A stretch of DNA of 64,000 bases from Glaucostegus cemiculus (Eukaryota). The stretch lies in contig CDPCPM010000069.1 of NCBI GenBank assembly GCA_976551045.1, forward strand, positions 4,278,001 to 4,342,000, in the 5' to 3' direction. Shown piece by piece: positions 52,305-64,000 of this stretch; the first letter of the stretch is position 1; the number at the start of each line of letters is the position of its first letter. The notes beneath the pieces are model-generated. The model did not search any database. It was not told where the DNA came from and worked only from the letters and a program-made list of their open reading frames with translations. The translations under genes were made by a program, and so were the position numbers.

Positions 52305-52418
52305 CTCTTGACCTCAATCTACTTTGTTATGACCTTGAACCTTATTGTCTACCTGCACTACACTTTCTCTATAGCTGTAACACTTTATTCTGCTCTCTGT
52401 CATCGTTTTACCTTCTAC

Positions 52419-53336
52419 GACAGTGGTGGGTCTTGTCATGAACAACGATGAAACAAACTATAGAGAAGAGGTGAAGCAACTGGCCATGTGGTGCAGCAAC
52501 AACAACCTCTCCCTGAATGTGGAAAAAAACAAGGAGATGGTAGTGGATTTCAGGAAAGGTCGCCGTGTGCACACCCCACTGACCATCAACGGGTCTGCGG
52601 TGGAACAAGTCAACAGCACCAAGTTCCTGGGGGTGCACATCACTGGTGACCTGACCTGGTCCATTAACACCACAGCCCTCACCAAGAAAGCCCAGAAACG
52701 CCTCTACTTCCTGCGGAGATTGAGGAAAGTGAACTCCCATCCTTCTATTATGAAAACTTTTTATAGAGGGACCATTGAGAGTATCCTGACACACTGCATC
52801 ACCATCTGGTATGGGAGCTGCTTAGCTGCTGGACTAAAGTCCCTGCAGAGAATAGTGAGAGCGGCAGAGAAGATCATAGGTGCCTCTCTACCCTCTATTG
52901 CAGATATATACAAGGACCAATGTATCAGAAAGGCCACAAACATAATGTCGGACCCTTCTCACCCCTCCTACCACCTGTTTACACTCTTGCCATCCGGAAG
53001 AAGGCTCCAGTGCATCTGGGCAAGGACTACCAGACTGTGCAATAGCTTCTTCCCACAAGCTATCAGAACCATGAACTCCCTCATCCCTCCCGCCAATACC
53101 AAAGGATGTTAGGCGTACAAAAATGCACCAGCACTTTAAATGTCTGCTGCCTCAGTACGTTCATTTTAAGATTGTTTATTCAAGTTGCTATTTAATTTTG
53201 TGGTTCCAATGTTGTTAACGTCTTTCTGTCTCTCATTTTTTTTTAATGTGACGAGCACCTTGATCTGTGGAGTACAGTATTTCACTCCCATGCATACTGA
53301 ATGTGTATATGGAACTGACAATAAAACTAATTCTGA
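52419..53336 (+). mobile_element. Young 5'-truncated Rex1/Babar LINE nested in an older Rex1 3' tail (52305-52418 and 53343-53444)
   Basis: Uninterrupted 229-codon ORF 52423..53112 (WCSNNNLSLNVEK.KEMVVDFR, KFLGVHI, AQKRLYFLRRL, LPSGRR, NSFFPQAIR); flanking TTCTAC at 52413-52418 and 53337-53342. Confidence 0.92.
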
Positions 53337-54276
53337 TTCTACTACTTCAATGCACTGTGTAATGAATTGATCTGTATGAATGGTATGCAAGACAAGTTCT
53401 TCACTGTGCCTCAGTACATGTGACAATAATAAACCAATTCCAATCCTGTCCCACTGAAACTATGCAGGGCAAGACGAGAGATAAATGTTCATGTTAATTG
53501 GCAGTCATTGAAAACTTCAGGACAAGATCCAGGGAAGGCATAGACACCTCGTGTATTAGCACATTGTTAAAGGCATATCTCTGCCACTTAATGTGCAGTT
53601 CAAGACAGGTCTGTTTAGTCACTGAATATTCTGGCTAGTTGTACATTCATGAAGCTGTCCCTTAACATAGTAATAAAAGAGGTATATGTTGGATGTCTGG
53701 AGTTTGTACTGAGAGACTTTTGGGTCAGTCACCAGCATTGAATATTCAAAGGGGTTCTGCTAGTTGAGGTATGTTACCATTGTAAATAAGTAATTCTGCA
53801 GAGTTACTTGCCTGTATTCAAAATGTTAAAGTTAACTAGGTGATTACAGACATTGAAATTGTAGTTAATCATTTATTATTGTCTCTGTTCAAAAGGTATA
53901 ACACATTGTGTCAGGACACGTGAACGAGATTGTCCCCAGAAGAGCTGCTGTGTTTAATAAAGACTTTTATATCTCCCAGTTACAAATTCTATGTGGTTCA
54001 GTTTAGTCAGTCACAACAAACAACAATATACAAAAAGATGTAAAAATTGCTTGGTAGAATGACTCTGAAAATGATGTACAATTTTACAAAATTAGGATGA
54101 TCAAAATCCATCAATTTTTCAGTATTAATCCAGCATTGCTTATTAGAAGGGAAAAACAAATCTGTTTAAATTTGTATATTACATAATTGGTGACCTCATT
54201 GCACTAGTGGAAACAACCTTTGTCTAAAATATACTGATTGGAAAAAGCACAAGCAATTATCAGGCAGGACCTTTAC

Positions 54277-54452
54277 CTGCTCAGTTATCCGCATATGAAA
54301 GTCATGGAAATCGCTGTAGCGGCGATAAGTCTTCCAAATATCCTCACTTCCATCTGGGTTTCTCCTCTGAACAGTGATTGCATAAAGAGCATAGGTCTTG
54401 CCATGGTCATTGCATACTCCTGCCACAGGATATGGTTCATAATCAGCATGGA
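54277..54452 (-). CDS. SNX13: SNX13 PX-domain exon with two in-frame acceptors: long form starts 54452 (adds VHADYEPYPVA), short form starts 54419 (GVCNDHGKTYALYAITVQRRNPDGSEDIWKTYRRYSDFHDFHMRITEQ)
   Basis: ORF 54196..54426 carries the PX motif RRYSDF; acceptors tttttcgttgtgactag and gtggcag are 33 nt apart; CAG|gtaaag donor; phase 1/0. Confidence 0.95.
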
Positions 54453-54666
54453 CTAGTCACAACGAAAAAGAAATAGAGAGAAAAATGGGAAACACAAACA
54501 TCCATGAAAATGGGACAGGAACACAAGTAGAGAGGAGAAAACATGAGAGACAATAGTATGAAGATAACTAGAATGACAAGTGAATGTGGACAGAGTAGAA
54601 ATATTGCATGTCTATTATCATCATCCCCAGTTGCCCAAGTTACATTTAAATGACATCAAATATTTT

Positions 54667-54848
54667 GAGCAACAAACACAAAATGCTGGAGGAACTCAGC
54701 AGGTCAGACTCTGTCCCAATGAAGGGTTTCAGCCCAAAATATTAACTGTTCATTTCCCTCCATTGATACTGCCTGACCTGCTGAGTTCCTCCAGCATTTT
54801 GTGTTTGTTGCTCCAGATTTCTAGCATCTATAGTCTCTCTTGTGTCTC
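54667..54848. mobile_element. Fold-back Penelope-like terminal element
   Basis: 41-bp perfect inverted repeat 54667-54707 / 54773-54813 around a decayed hammerhead region. Confidence 0.88.
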
Positions 54849-56473
54849 AAGTGTTTTGAATTGTACTTTAACACATGATCTTTCATCTTTTAATCTTGGG
54901 TTATAAACAAGTGCACATCAGTTTTCTCTATCAGTTATTAAAGTCCAATATAAGATTAGTTGTTGCATTAGTCTAGCTTTTAATAGGTCAGAGCTCACTG
55001 CAGAAAAGGCTTTCCCAAATTGATATAACATTCACTAGGAGGCAAAAGTGTCTGCAGGACAGCTAAAAGTAGAATTAACTACCAGATGAGGAGATTTAGA
55101 AGGATTTGGCAGCACCATTTCTTTTCACCTCCAGGGTTGTAGGGATTTGAACTTGCAAACAAAGACTTGTACAGCAAGAAACCATCAGACTTAAAAAGGT
55201 ACTGGGATGTGTACTTGGCTACGACCTATAGGGACAAGTGCTGGAAATTAGGATTCAGCTGGGTAGCTCTTTTTCCAATTGGTATGCACACAATAGGCCA
55301 AGTTCCTTCTCTTTTGTAAGTTCACTGTGATTTGATAAGTTGAAATAATGTCAGGATCAAACAAGAAATAGCTTTAGTGTATAGCTGACATGGCTCAAAA
55401 GAAAGTTCATACTGTCTGAAAATAAAGGGAAAATGTTCAATTCTCAGGTTGTACTTGCATTAAGAAATGCAAAGAAAACACATTAAGTCTCAACCTCACT
55501 TCAGTGCACAGATATTGTCCCAAACTCACATCAAGCCATTATTTGCTTCAATGTCTGGTAAGTTGGGCTTGAATGAAATATATTTGAGCAGTGCAAGTGA
55601 AAATGAGCACAATGAAAAACTGCTGCCAGCTTCTGTGTCATGTGGATAGAAATAAAATGTTTAAATTCCTCAGTATTTTATTTACACTGAGGATGGAAAA
55701 AGCTTGACAGCTGTCAACTTTGAAAATACCTGACAACTCATTAAATGCACAGAATACACTATTTAACTTTTGCTATCAAATAACTAGAAAAAGCCCACAG
55801 AGAACTGAAATAATCTATTATCGCATTAACTTCGATTGAAAACTATAAAACCTAGAAGTTACGCAGATGTGAAAACAACAGATAGTGAAAAATGAACAGA
55901 AATGTAAATGCACGAAGGAAGAATGATAATCATAAACACAGAACATTGTCCAATTCAATTACTGCCACAATGAACTAACCCGATCGTTTGGAAGAGCATA
56001 TTCCAAAGAGACCAACAAAATTCCTTAACAAATCAATCCCATTTCTTTTAAGCTTATTATTATCAACCCATGCACATAACCTATCAATTAAAACTGCATA
56101 TTTCCTGTTGCTAAGTAGGGAATCTAGATTTACAAGGAACCAAGAAGCGTTCTGACCTTTAGCATCTGATAACTGACTAGTTTCTAGAGATAACCAATTC
56201 CTAAACTGTAATCTATAGAGTACGGTATGTATAAATGATTATTGTTACTCTTCCATTTTGGCTCAACAAAAATGCTCAGTTATCAAAGCAATAGGCATTA
56301 TTTCAATTGACGTAACTGATCTGTAAGTACACAAGACACAACAAATGCAACTGACACCTCAGCTAATTTTGTTCTATTCCTGAAGTAAATCTAGTAGCTA
56401 AAGTGGCATGCAAACAAAATCATGAGATTTGTACAAATCAGCTTTGACTGCAGGCTGTGTGCTCTTTACTTAC

Positions 56474-56543
56474 CAGTGTCACTAATGGTTACTTGCAGTT
56501 GCAATGACTCTTCAGAGCTGGTATTTGAAAGATCATCTAGTGA
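56474..56543 (-). CDS. SNX13: SNX13 exon (SLDDLSNTSSEESLQLQVTISDT)
   Basis: ttgttctgtag acceptor, G|gtaagt donor; 70 bp, phase 0/1. Confidence 0.94.
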
Positions 56544-57219
56544 CTACAGAACAAAACATACTAATTTTTCAACATGAATTTCAAACATTAAGCTTTCAGA
56601 GTGACACTAAGAAATCAAATTTTCACAGAATTATTAAACTTTTTTTTAAAGAAAGGAAATTTGTTCAAATTCTCAAAAGTAACAACCATTAGCTACCAAT
56701 ACCTACAGAGACAAAGCTCCTCAATGACAGAGGGGACCCCTGGTTTCTTTACCATGAATTTACCTTTATGAAAAATTTATTTCACTTTCATTTTAACCTT
56801 TCCATAAATTTGTAAAAAATATTGTGTTCTAAAGCCAAACGACAAAATCTTTTGAGAATGTTACCCACGAGGGCAAAGATAGCTAAGTAGGGTAAGCTAC
56901 AGAAACATAGACATTAGATATATTCTTTTGACTATTTATATCTTAACACAAGGGAACAAAATTATTTAAGTGGTCATCCATTTCAGATATGGAACTGGGC
57001 CAGAACAAATTAATGCATTCATATTAAAATACTTATATAAGCAATTTAAATTCAAGTAGCCGACAACTTTTGCCTCAAAGCATAGAGATGCAAAAGCCTT
57101 GGCTTAATTTAGGATTTGACAAACAGATAGAAAATAAGTTATTTTGGTCTGTGTACGTGCAGACAAGGGTGTTATCATCACCAAATGACCAAGGTTATGC
57201 AAAAGTCTCTAACACTTAC

Positions 57220-57257
57220 CGAATTTAAGCTACCAGTTGGGGAGCCGTTGAAAGACT
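57220..57257 (-). CDS. SNX13: SNX13 38-bp exon (ESFNGSPTGSLNS)
   Basis: ttttcccctctag acceptor, TCG|gtaagt donor; phase 1/0 fits both neighbours; matches recalled ESFNGSPTGSINL. Confidence 0.94.
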
Positions 57258-59129
57258 CTAGAGGGGAAAAAAACATGTCAATGTAAAAAAAAGCTTGGTA
57301 AGCAACAATGAAATACAGTAGAAGGTCATGTCCTTAAAATAAAAATCACAAAGTATGACTACACATTAACAAAGAAAAATGACTAATTCATGGCAAAATT
57401 CCCAATATCTAACACTGCAATACCCAAAGGATTCCTAGTAAAACAAGCATTTTCACCTGCAGGCAGCCACAAACTGAGCAGTCATGCATGAGAGAGTAGT
57501 TGAATTGTGATTTCAGGCTCACTTTCACAAGTATTCTGCGTACTTTAAGACTGGTATTTAAAACATAATGCAAGTCAATACACTAAGGGAAATTTTCTTT
57601 TTTATTTTCAGTTTTATCCAAATATGTGAGCATGGCACTGGTGCTGTCAAGGAACTGTTTTCCACAATTAACTTTGTATCATTGAAGTAATGTGTGTTTC
57701 AAAAATTTACTAGTGTCAACAAATGACCGAGCTCAATGCTGGATTTCAGTATCAATGCAGGTAGCCTTTTCTTGCACAAGTACATTATGCAAAAATGAGA
57801 TGTAGCTACTGGCAAAATAATATCTTCAATGGTACTATTTAGAAATCACATCAGTATTCAACATTTGTAATAATGCATGCCGAATAATGCACCATAAAAA
57901 TATAGGGATACTTAAATAGTGTTGAGCATGGAAGCAACACTGAGGAAAAGCATGCAGTTATAAGATGCAAGGAAGTGAAAGTCATGTGATTTGGCAGAAA
58001 AGATCAAGTTCTCTGTTAATTTCCCCCATTAATTTGGCTAAATACTTATGACTTCGCAAAAATGAAACATCAATTTGGCTTCCAGCTTTTTGATTTTCAT
58101 ATTTAAAATTGCCAAATATTGGAAGGCCAAATATTATTCCATAAATTACCAAATACTTAATAAAAACATAATTTTACTTTAATTAAGGAATAAAAGCCAG
58201 ATGAATATGGAGCATTATGACCCAGAAAATAAAAGTATGCACTACAAAAACACTTGAAAAAGTAAAATATAATAAAGACAATTTAAAACACTGAAGAATG
58301 GAAAACCCCATGCAATACTTTATTTTGCCACTAGATGTAGGTATAAAGCTTTGTAAAACACATGGAAACAATCTAGAAAGATTTGACAATCCAAAAATCC
58401 TTTTCCCAATTCCAATTTAAAATGTACTTTGATTCAATATAAACTTCTTGGGTGTCATCCAAAATCTATTGAACTTGGAATTTGAGCTGAATGTTATAGC
58501 CAGTAAAAATGCACATCCCTGAGTTTAGTTATTAAAATGAACCCAGAAAAATGATTGTTTTGTGTGACTGGAGTTTGATAGTTATTTCAATAACTCCCAA
58601 TACATCAACTGTTATCAGTACTATTCTGTGTATAATGAGACCATGCAGGTCTTAATCCTAATGTAGGACAAAGCAATAAAAAGACACCATTTTAATTACA
58701 TTTAGTTTGGCTCTTGTTTTTATAGTTGCATTTTACAAACTTCATTCAAAAGCAATTCAGGGATTTTAAGCTATGAATATTTGCATAGATGATATTCTAA
58801 GACAACTTCCAAGTATACTTGCATCATCCCAGAGAGCACAAATCTGAAATTTTGGAAGTTTATGCTTCTGTCATTGTGCATCTACTCTGCCCAGTGCTTA
58901 TTGTTTGGTGAAGAAATGCCCAAACACTAGGTATTCTGTTACATTAAAAAAAAGGTGGATGCACAAGGCAGGTTCAGATCACATCAGTCTACTGTGAGTG
59001 GGCAGAGAAATTTTTAGAGACAATAATGCAGGACAAAGCTAGTTGGCATTTGGAAATGTAATCAATCAATGTCAACATGGATTTGTTAAAGGCAAGTAGT
59101 ATATCGCGAACTGAGCATGTTCATGAGTG

Positions 59130-59400
59130 CTAAAATTTCCAACAGAGGCCCTAGTTACACATTAAGCAGGCTAAATCAGTTGCATATCCAACACTAGGTT
59201 CCTGACACAGCCACTGAGTCTGTCATAAGATTACCAGTCCAACAGAGGAAAAGATTCAAGGTTGTGCTCAAAACATTCTTGAAGAAATATGAAAAACTAC
59301 CCACCCACCTGTGAATATATTGGCCTCATTAGCCACCTCAGAACCCAAAAAAACCAGAATGAAGTAAACCAACCTTGAGCTTGAAGAACCAGCTAAGAGG
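59130..59400 (+). mobile_element. RTE LINE relic
   Basis: Translation QRKRFKVVLKTFLKK resembles the RTE motif GGQRKRFKD.LK.SLK. Confidence 0.6.
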
Positions 59401-59554
59401 AGAAACTCACAAAGTAGAGGATTGAAAAGGGTAGTGCAGTGACATTGTTTGCAAAATTTAAATTCTGAGGATTAAAGGGAATGTTAAATTGACCAAGAAT
59501 AGCTAGCAATGGAGATATTTTGAATTGCTGGGAAGTATGCTTGTTTGCCTAGGA

Positions 59555-59890
59555 GTCAGTAGTAAGACAGCACAGTTGCTCAACACTGTTGTGCCCCACA
59601 GCTCCAGTTCAATCCCAACCTCTGTGTTGTGTTCTCCCACATTCTCTATTACCATGTGGGTTTTCTCTGGGCACTCCAGTTTCCTCCCACATCCCAAAGA
59701 TGTGCATAATTGGCCAATGTAAATCATTCCTAGTTTAGCCGGGTGAAAAACAATCAGGATGGAGTCAATGGGCATTTGAGACAGAATACCTGACAGGGAA
59801 ATGTGTGGGGGACAAAGATTGATGGGATTGCTCTGAGAGCCTGCATGGATTTGATGGGTCAAGTGCCCTACTCCTATGTTGTGAGAAACA
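59555..59890 (+). mobile_element. V-SINE
   Basis: tgtgggttttctctgggcactccagtttcctcccacatcccaaagatgtgc V-domain; CR1-like tail. Confidence 0.85.
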
Positions 59891-60019
59891 TGAAAACATG
59901 AAAGGCCACTGGTATTTTAGATAAATGCTTGTGAATTAGATGTATAGTTTAATATTTCAAAATTACTTAGTCATTTCATTACGAGATTTTGACAAATTTC
60001 ATTAGGACAAAAGTAGCTG

Positions 60020-60380
60020 GTGATACTTAGATACAAATCAAATGAAATTCAATGTAGAGAACTATACTGTGATGCATTTTGGTGGACTGAATACAAAACA
60101 GCAACATATCTAAACAATATATTTTTTAAAAAATAGGGAAACAGACATTGGTAAGTTATATTCACAAACTTTCAAAGGTGCAGACGTTGAGAAAGCTGAC
60201 ACAGCTTTATTAATAGGTAGAATACAAAAGAAAGAAAGCACTAAACCTTTACAAAACACAGATTAAGCCTCAAAATGGAGTGCTGTGTTCAATTCTGGAA
60301 ACCACAATTTATAAAGGATGTCTAGATCCTAGAGGTGCAGAAGTGATCAACTTGAATGATAAGGGAACAATAGGTATTCA
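60020..60380 (+). mobile_element. Degraded CR1 fragment
   Basis: aatgaaattcaatgtagaga...gatgcattttgg; gtgctgtgttcaattctgg. Confidence 0.75.
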
Positions 60381-60419
60381 GTTAAATAATGACAGTGGGT
60401 GAGGTTACTGTAAAGCAGA

Positions 60420-61002
60420 GAAGCACATTTAAAGAATGATCTTTCATCAGAATTGTGTAAGATTAGAAACGTAAGAGGTTTAATACGAATGCAACAGATA
60501 GGCAGGGAGGTGAAGAAGTAACAAGTTGTGATAAGGTGGTAGAAGAGAGATTAATGTAGAATGTAATGCAACAAAGGAACTAATGGAAAGACAGTCTGAT
60601 TCTTTAACTTCAAACAATTCCTCAACTATAGATTAGGAACTTCATAGACCTCTGAACTCAAGATTGAATATAATGATTTCAGAACACAGCTCACATCTGC
60701 TTCTCTTTGGATGGGAAATGCTGATAAATAATTGCTATTACCATTTATACTTCTTCCTGATCCATCTTTTGTCTCTTTACCTGTCATTTTCACTCCCCTT
60801 CATCCTGTCATTTTCACTCCTTCCTCTTGCCTTTGGTTCTTTGCTCTCCTCTCTTTCCATGCCTCTGGATTTGGTTAAATGTGTTACAACTTTAAACTTT
60901 AGTCAAAGCAGGAAGAGTTCAATGACCTGAAACATTAACTAATTTTCTCTCTCTACAGATGACACCAGACTTACTGAATTGTTCCAACATTTCTTGCTTT
61001 TC
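60420..61002 (+). mobile_element. Old Penelope-like 3' terminal relic
   Basis: Pyrimidine-rich UTR then gacctgaaacattaact...ctctctctacagatg...ctgaattgttccaacatttc, a diverged form of the family terminus; inverted ctttcatcag piece at the left end. Confidence 0.55.
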
Positions 61003-61445
61003 ATGACAGAAAGCCAGAATTCTTTCTATCTCTTTAAACTACTGGTGAATTTTTTTTGCATATTGAAGTTAATGTCAAATGTTTTTGAGCTTCCACCTCA
61101 CCATATTAAGATGATTTCTATAAGAGAAGTGTGCTATTGAGAAATAATACAGCAGTTGTGAACGTCAAAAGGTTTTATAGATCAGAGAAAATCCCCTGGA
61201 CAGATTTCCATGTGCAAGTAGTGACCAAGGACTCTCAGAACGTGACAGGGAATACAATATCTAAAAGAACCACCAACAATGAGAGCATAAAGGAACAGCC
61301 TAATGGAGCCTTCATTCGGAACCTCAAGGACAACATATTTGTTTTGAATATATATCACGTTAAAAGTTTTCAGTAAGGTAGTATGGTTATGTAGTAATAG
61401 TTTTTCTGGTTTTAAACTTTGTGTGTACAAATACATTATTCATAC

Positions 61446-61578
61446 CCAGATCTCCATCATCTGATCCTCTGATACTAGGATCTTTCAACATGTCCAACTC
61501 AGCCAACATCCGCACATAAAGAGCATTTTGCCTGAAGGAGGGGTAGAATTGCTCATCCTTCAGCATCATGTCATAGAC
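61446..61578 (-). CDS. SNX13: SNX13 exon (VYDMMLKDEQFYPSFRQNALYVRMLAELDMLKDPSIRGSDDGDL)
   Basis: Overlaps ORF 61387..61569; ttattaag acceptor, G|gtatga donor; 133 bp, phase 0/1. Confidence 0.96.
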
Positions 61579-61809
61579 CTTAATAAAATGTAAACAAAAT
61601 ACATCAGTTCTCTAAGGAATAACAGTTCAGATTTTGTACAGAAATGTCAACATTTGAATTGTCACAAGATGACACTATTGTGGAGTAAGCCAATTCATTT
61701 TGACCCATGATTCCTCACAATGCCAAGTTCTAAATTTATTCATATCACTAATGGGAAAACTACTAGCATTCATCAGATACCAGAATCCATCACACACTGT
61801 CCCGACTCA

Positions 61810-63340
61810 TAAACATAGAAAATAGGTAAAGGAATGGACTGGTCCACTCCCACTGTTGAATATGATATCAACATTATATTCCCACTCTCTCCTTATTCTC
61901 TTAATGTCTCATGTCTAGATATCAATCTATGCACTTGAGTATATTCAGCAAATTGGCCTCCACCACCTTGTGTATTAGAGAATCCTACAGATTCGTCACC
62001 CGCTGAGTGGAGAAATTTCACTACATCTCTGTCCTAAGTATCTTAATCCATATCCTGAGATTGATCTGTCATTCTGGACAAATCTGAAAGATCCTCCCCA
62101 TATCTAACCTTGTCAGAATTCTGTATCTTTCAATGAGATACCCTCTCATTCTTCTACAAATGTTTAAATACTTGCTGCACCTGCATGTTTATTTTCAATG
62201 ACTGGTGTACAAAGACCAGTACAACAACATTTCCCAGTCCATTACTATTTAAACAATAGTGCCTTTTGTTTATCCCACTGGTAGATTACTTCACATCCGT
62301 CCACGTTATACTGCACCTACCATCTATTTGCGCACTCACTCAACTTTCTTGAATCTTCTTTGCATCTTCCTTAATTCACAATCACACCCTGACTACACAT
62401 TTCATTTGGTTACCATATACAATCATTGATGTATTTTATGATTAGCTTGGATTCATGCACTGATCCCCAAGGGGTAGTCCAGTGGTTAATGCCTGCCACC
62501 CTGAGAAAGTCCCATATATTCCTACGTTTTATTCCTGTCTGTTAATCAATTTTCAATTCATACCAATATTATAGCCAAGTTTGCATACTAACTTCTTATC
62601 TGAACTTTAGTAAAATCTTTGTTAAAAACTAAACACAAAATATTCACTAATTGTCCTTCATCTATTCTGCCAGTCATGGGCTCAAACAAACTCTAGTAGG
62701 TTTATCAAACATAATTTCCCTTCCAGAAATCCATGTTGACTTTGTCTGATACCATTGATAATTTCTAAGTGTCCTGTAAATACATCTTTTATTAAAAACT
62801 ATATTTTTCCCTGTCACTGATGTTAGGGTAACCTGTCTGTAGTTCCCCATTTTCTCTTTTCCCCTCTATTAAACAATGGGATTATATTTGCTACCCTCCA
62901 ATCTGGTCCATTACACAGATGGCAACCAATGTATTTACTATTTCCATGGCTACCTTTTTAGTATTCGGGGATGCAATGATCAGAACCCAGGGACTAATCA
63001 GCTTTCAGTGACATTAATTTCTCCAGTGCTTTATTAAAAAAGAAAAAATATTCTTCCCTTAATTCCTCCTTTTCATTAGAACTTTCAATCCCTAACATTT
63101 TGGGGAAGTTAGTTGTGCCTTCTTCCATAAAAGAACATAACCAATGTATTTGTTTAATTGCACTGTTGCTTTTTTGCTCCCAAAGAATCTTGTTTTTGAC
63201 ATTAATTTCCTATATTTGTCTTCACCAGTGTTTTTCTTCTTGCATATTAGTGGCAGTTTTTAAAGTTTATTTTTATGTTCCTTGCAAGTTTAATCTCATT
63301 CTCTTATTTTTCTTCTCTTTATCAAACTCTTGGTCCTTTT
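61810..63340 (-). mobile_element. Degraded CR1 LINE in an SNX13 intron
   Basis: (catagaa)-like tail at 61810; tttcccttccagaaatccatgttgact is the reverse of SQHGFLEGK. Confidence 0.8.
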
Positions 63341-63374
63341 TGCTGAAAATGTATCATTCTTTTATTGAACATAC

Positions 63375-63479
63375 TTTTCTTTGTACATCATCAAATATTT
63401 CTGGTGTAGGATCCTCATAATTCAACTTTTCTGCCAATTTAGCAACCAGGTTATCATCCACGTGAACTCTTGGCGATGC
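63375..63479 (-). CDS. SNX13: Sorting nexin 13, first coding exon visible in window (RGS domain, ASPRVHVDDNLVAKLAEKLNYEDPTPEIFDDVQRK); upstream exons lie beyond the window
   Basis: Manual minus-strand translation matches recalled vertebrate SNX13 (ASPRVTVDDYLVAKLADTLNHEDPTPEIFDDIQRK); ttctttgccag acceptor, AAA|gtatgt donor; 105 bp, phase 0/0. Confidence 0.95.
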
Positions 63480-64000
63480 CTGGCAAAGAAGAAAATAGAT
63501 CTTGTTGATAAATCAAAATTCTACTGGATGTTCAGTTTATTTTGTTATTTGTGTAATTTGATGTCATCAGATACTTATGTGAACCAACAGGATATTTTTA
63601 CGCATAATTCAGAACAGCAGATTCCCTTTTTTTAAAAAACAGGAAACTATTGCAAACATATTTATCCTTTTCATTGACAAATTTCACCAATAAATATTCC
63701 ATCTTTCAATTTATGTTGCCATCTTGAAATATTAACATCTTTTCTTTCCATTCCAATAGGACTTACAGCAAAAAAAATTAAACTGACCAATAGTTGGTGG
63801 TTTGAAATTATGAAAAGAGACAAACTCGAGGAAAGTACTCATCAGGGTTTTGGAAGAACCAATTTGGCAATATCAAATTAACAGGTTTAATCGGAGCCAG
63901 GATCGTAAACCTTCAGTTTTATATTGTCAGACGTGATCAACTTTGGTGGTGGGGGTTTTACGGTTTTTTTACGGTTTTACGGTGGTTTTACGGGCAGTGG

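Noticed and set aside
63820-63850. CTGATGAG on the minus strand, resembling a hammerhead core
   Set aside because: It is followed by GAGT rather than GAAA and has no cleavage triplet or stem I

Overview
Eukaryotic, AT-rich vertebrate DNA. The repeat landscape (abundant CR1, Rex1/Babar, Penelope-like elements, V-SINEs, Deu-domain SINEs) points to a cartilaginous fish, probably a ray (inference). The only host gene I can support is the 3' half of SNX13 (sorting nexin 13) on the minus strand. It has 13 GT-AG coding exons from 63479 down to the stop at 38499, which splice in frame to 503 aa (514 aa with an alternative acceptor) covering the RGS C-terminus, PX and PXC domains. Bases 1 to about 35,000 are intergenic and dominated by nested retroelement relics. 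Main observations: (1) a miniature Tf1/sushi-type chromoviral LTR element (10105-11132) and a solo LTR (6159-6492), which together show an 11-bp self-priming signature rather than a tRNA primer-binding site; (2) fold-back Penelope termini carrying hammerhead-ribozyme cores; (3) a perfect 41-bp inverted repeat beside a tandem 3' splice site of SNX13; (4) a candidate 15-nt in-frame SNX13 microexon. No prokaryotic system, CRISPR array, rRNA or true tRNA gene is seen. Family assignments come from motif recognition, not database searches, and boundaries of degraded repeats are approximate.
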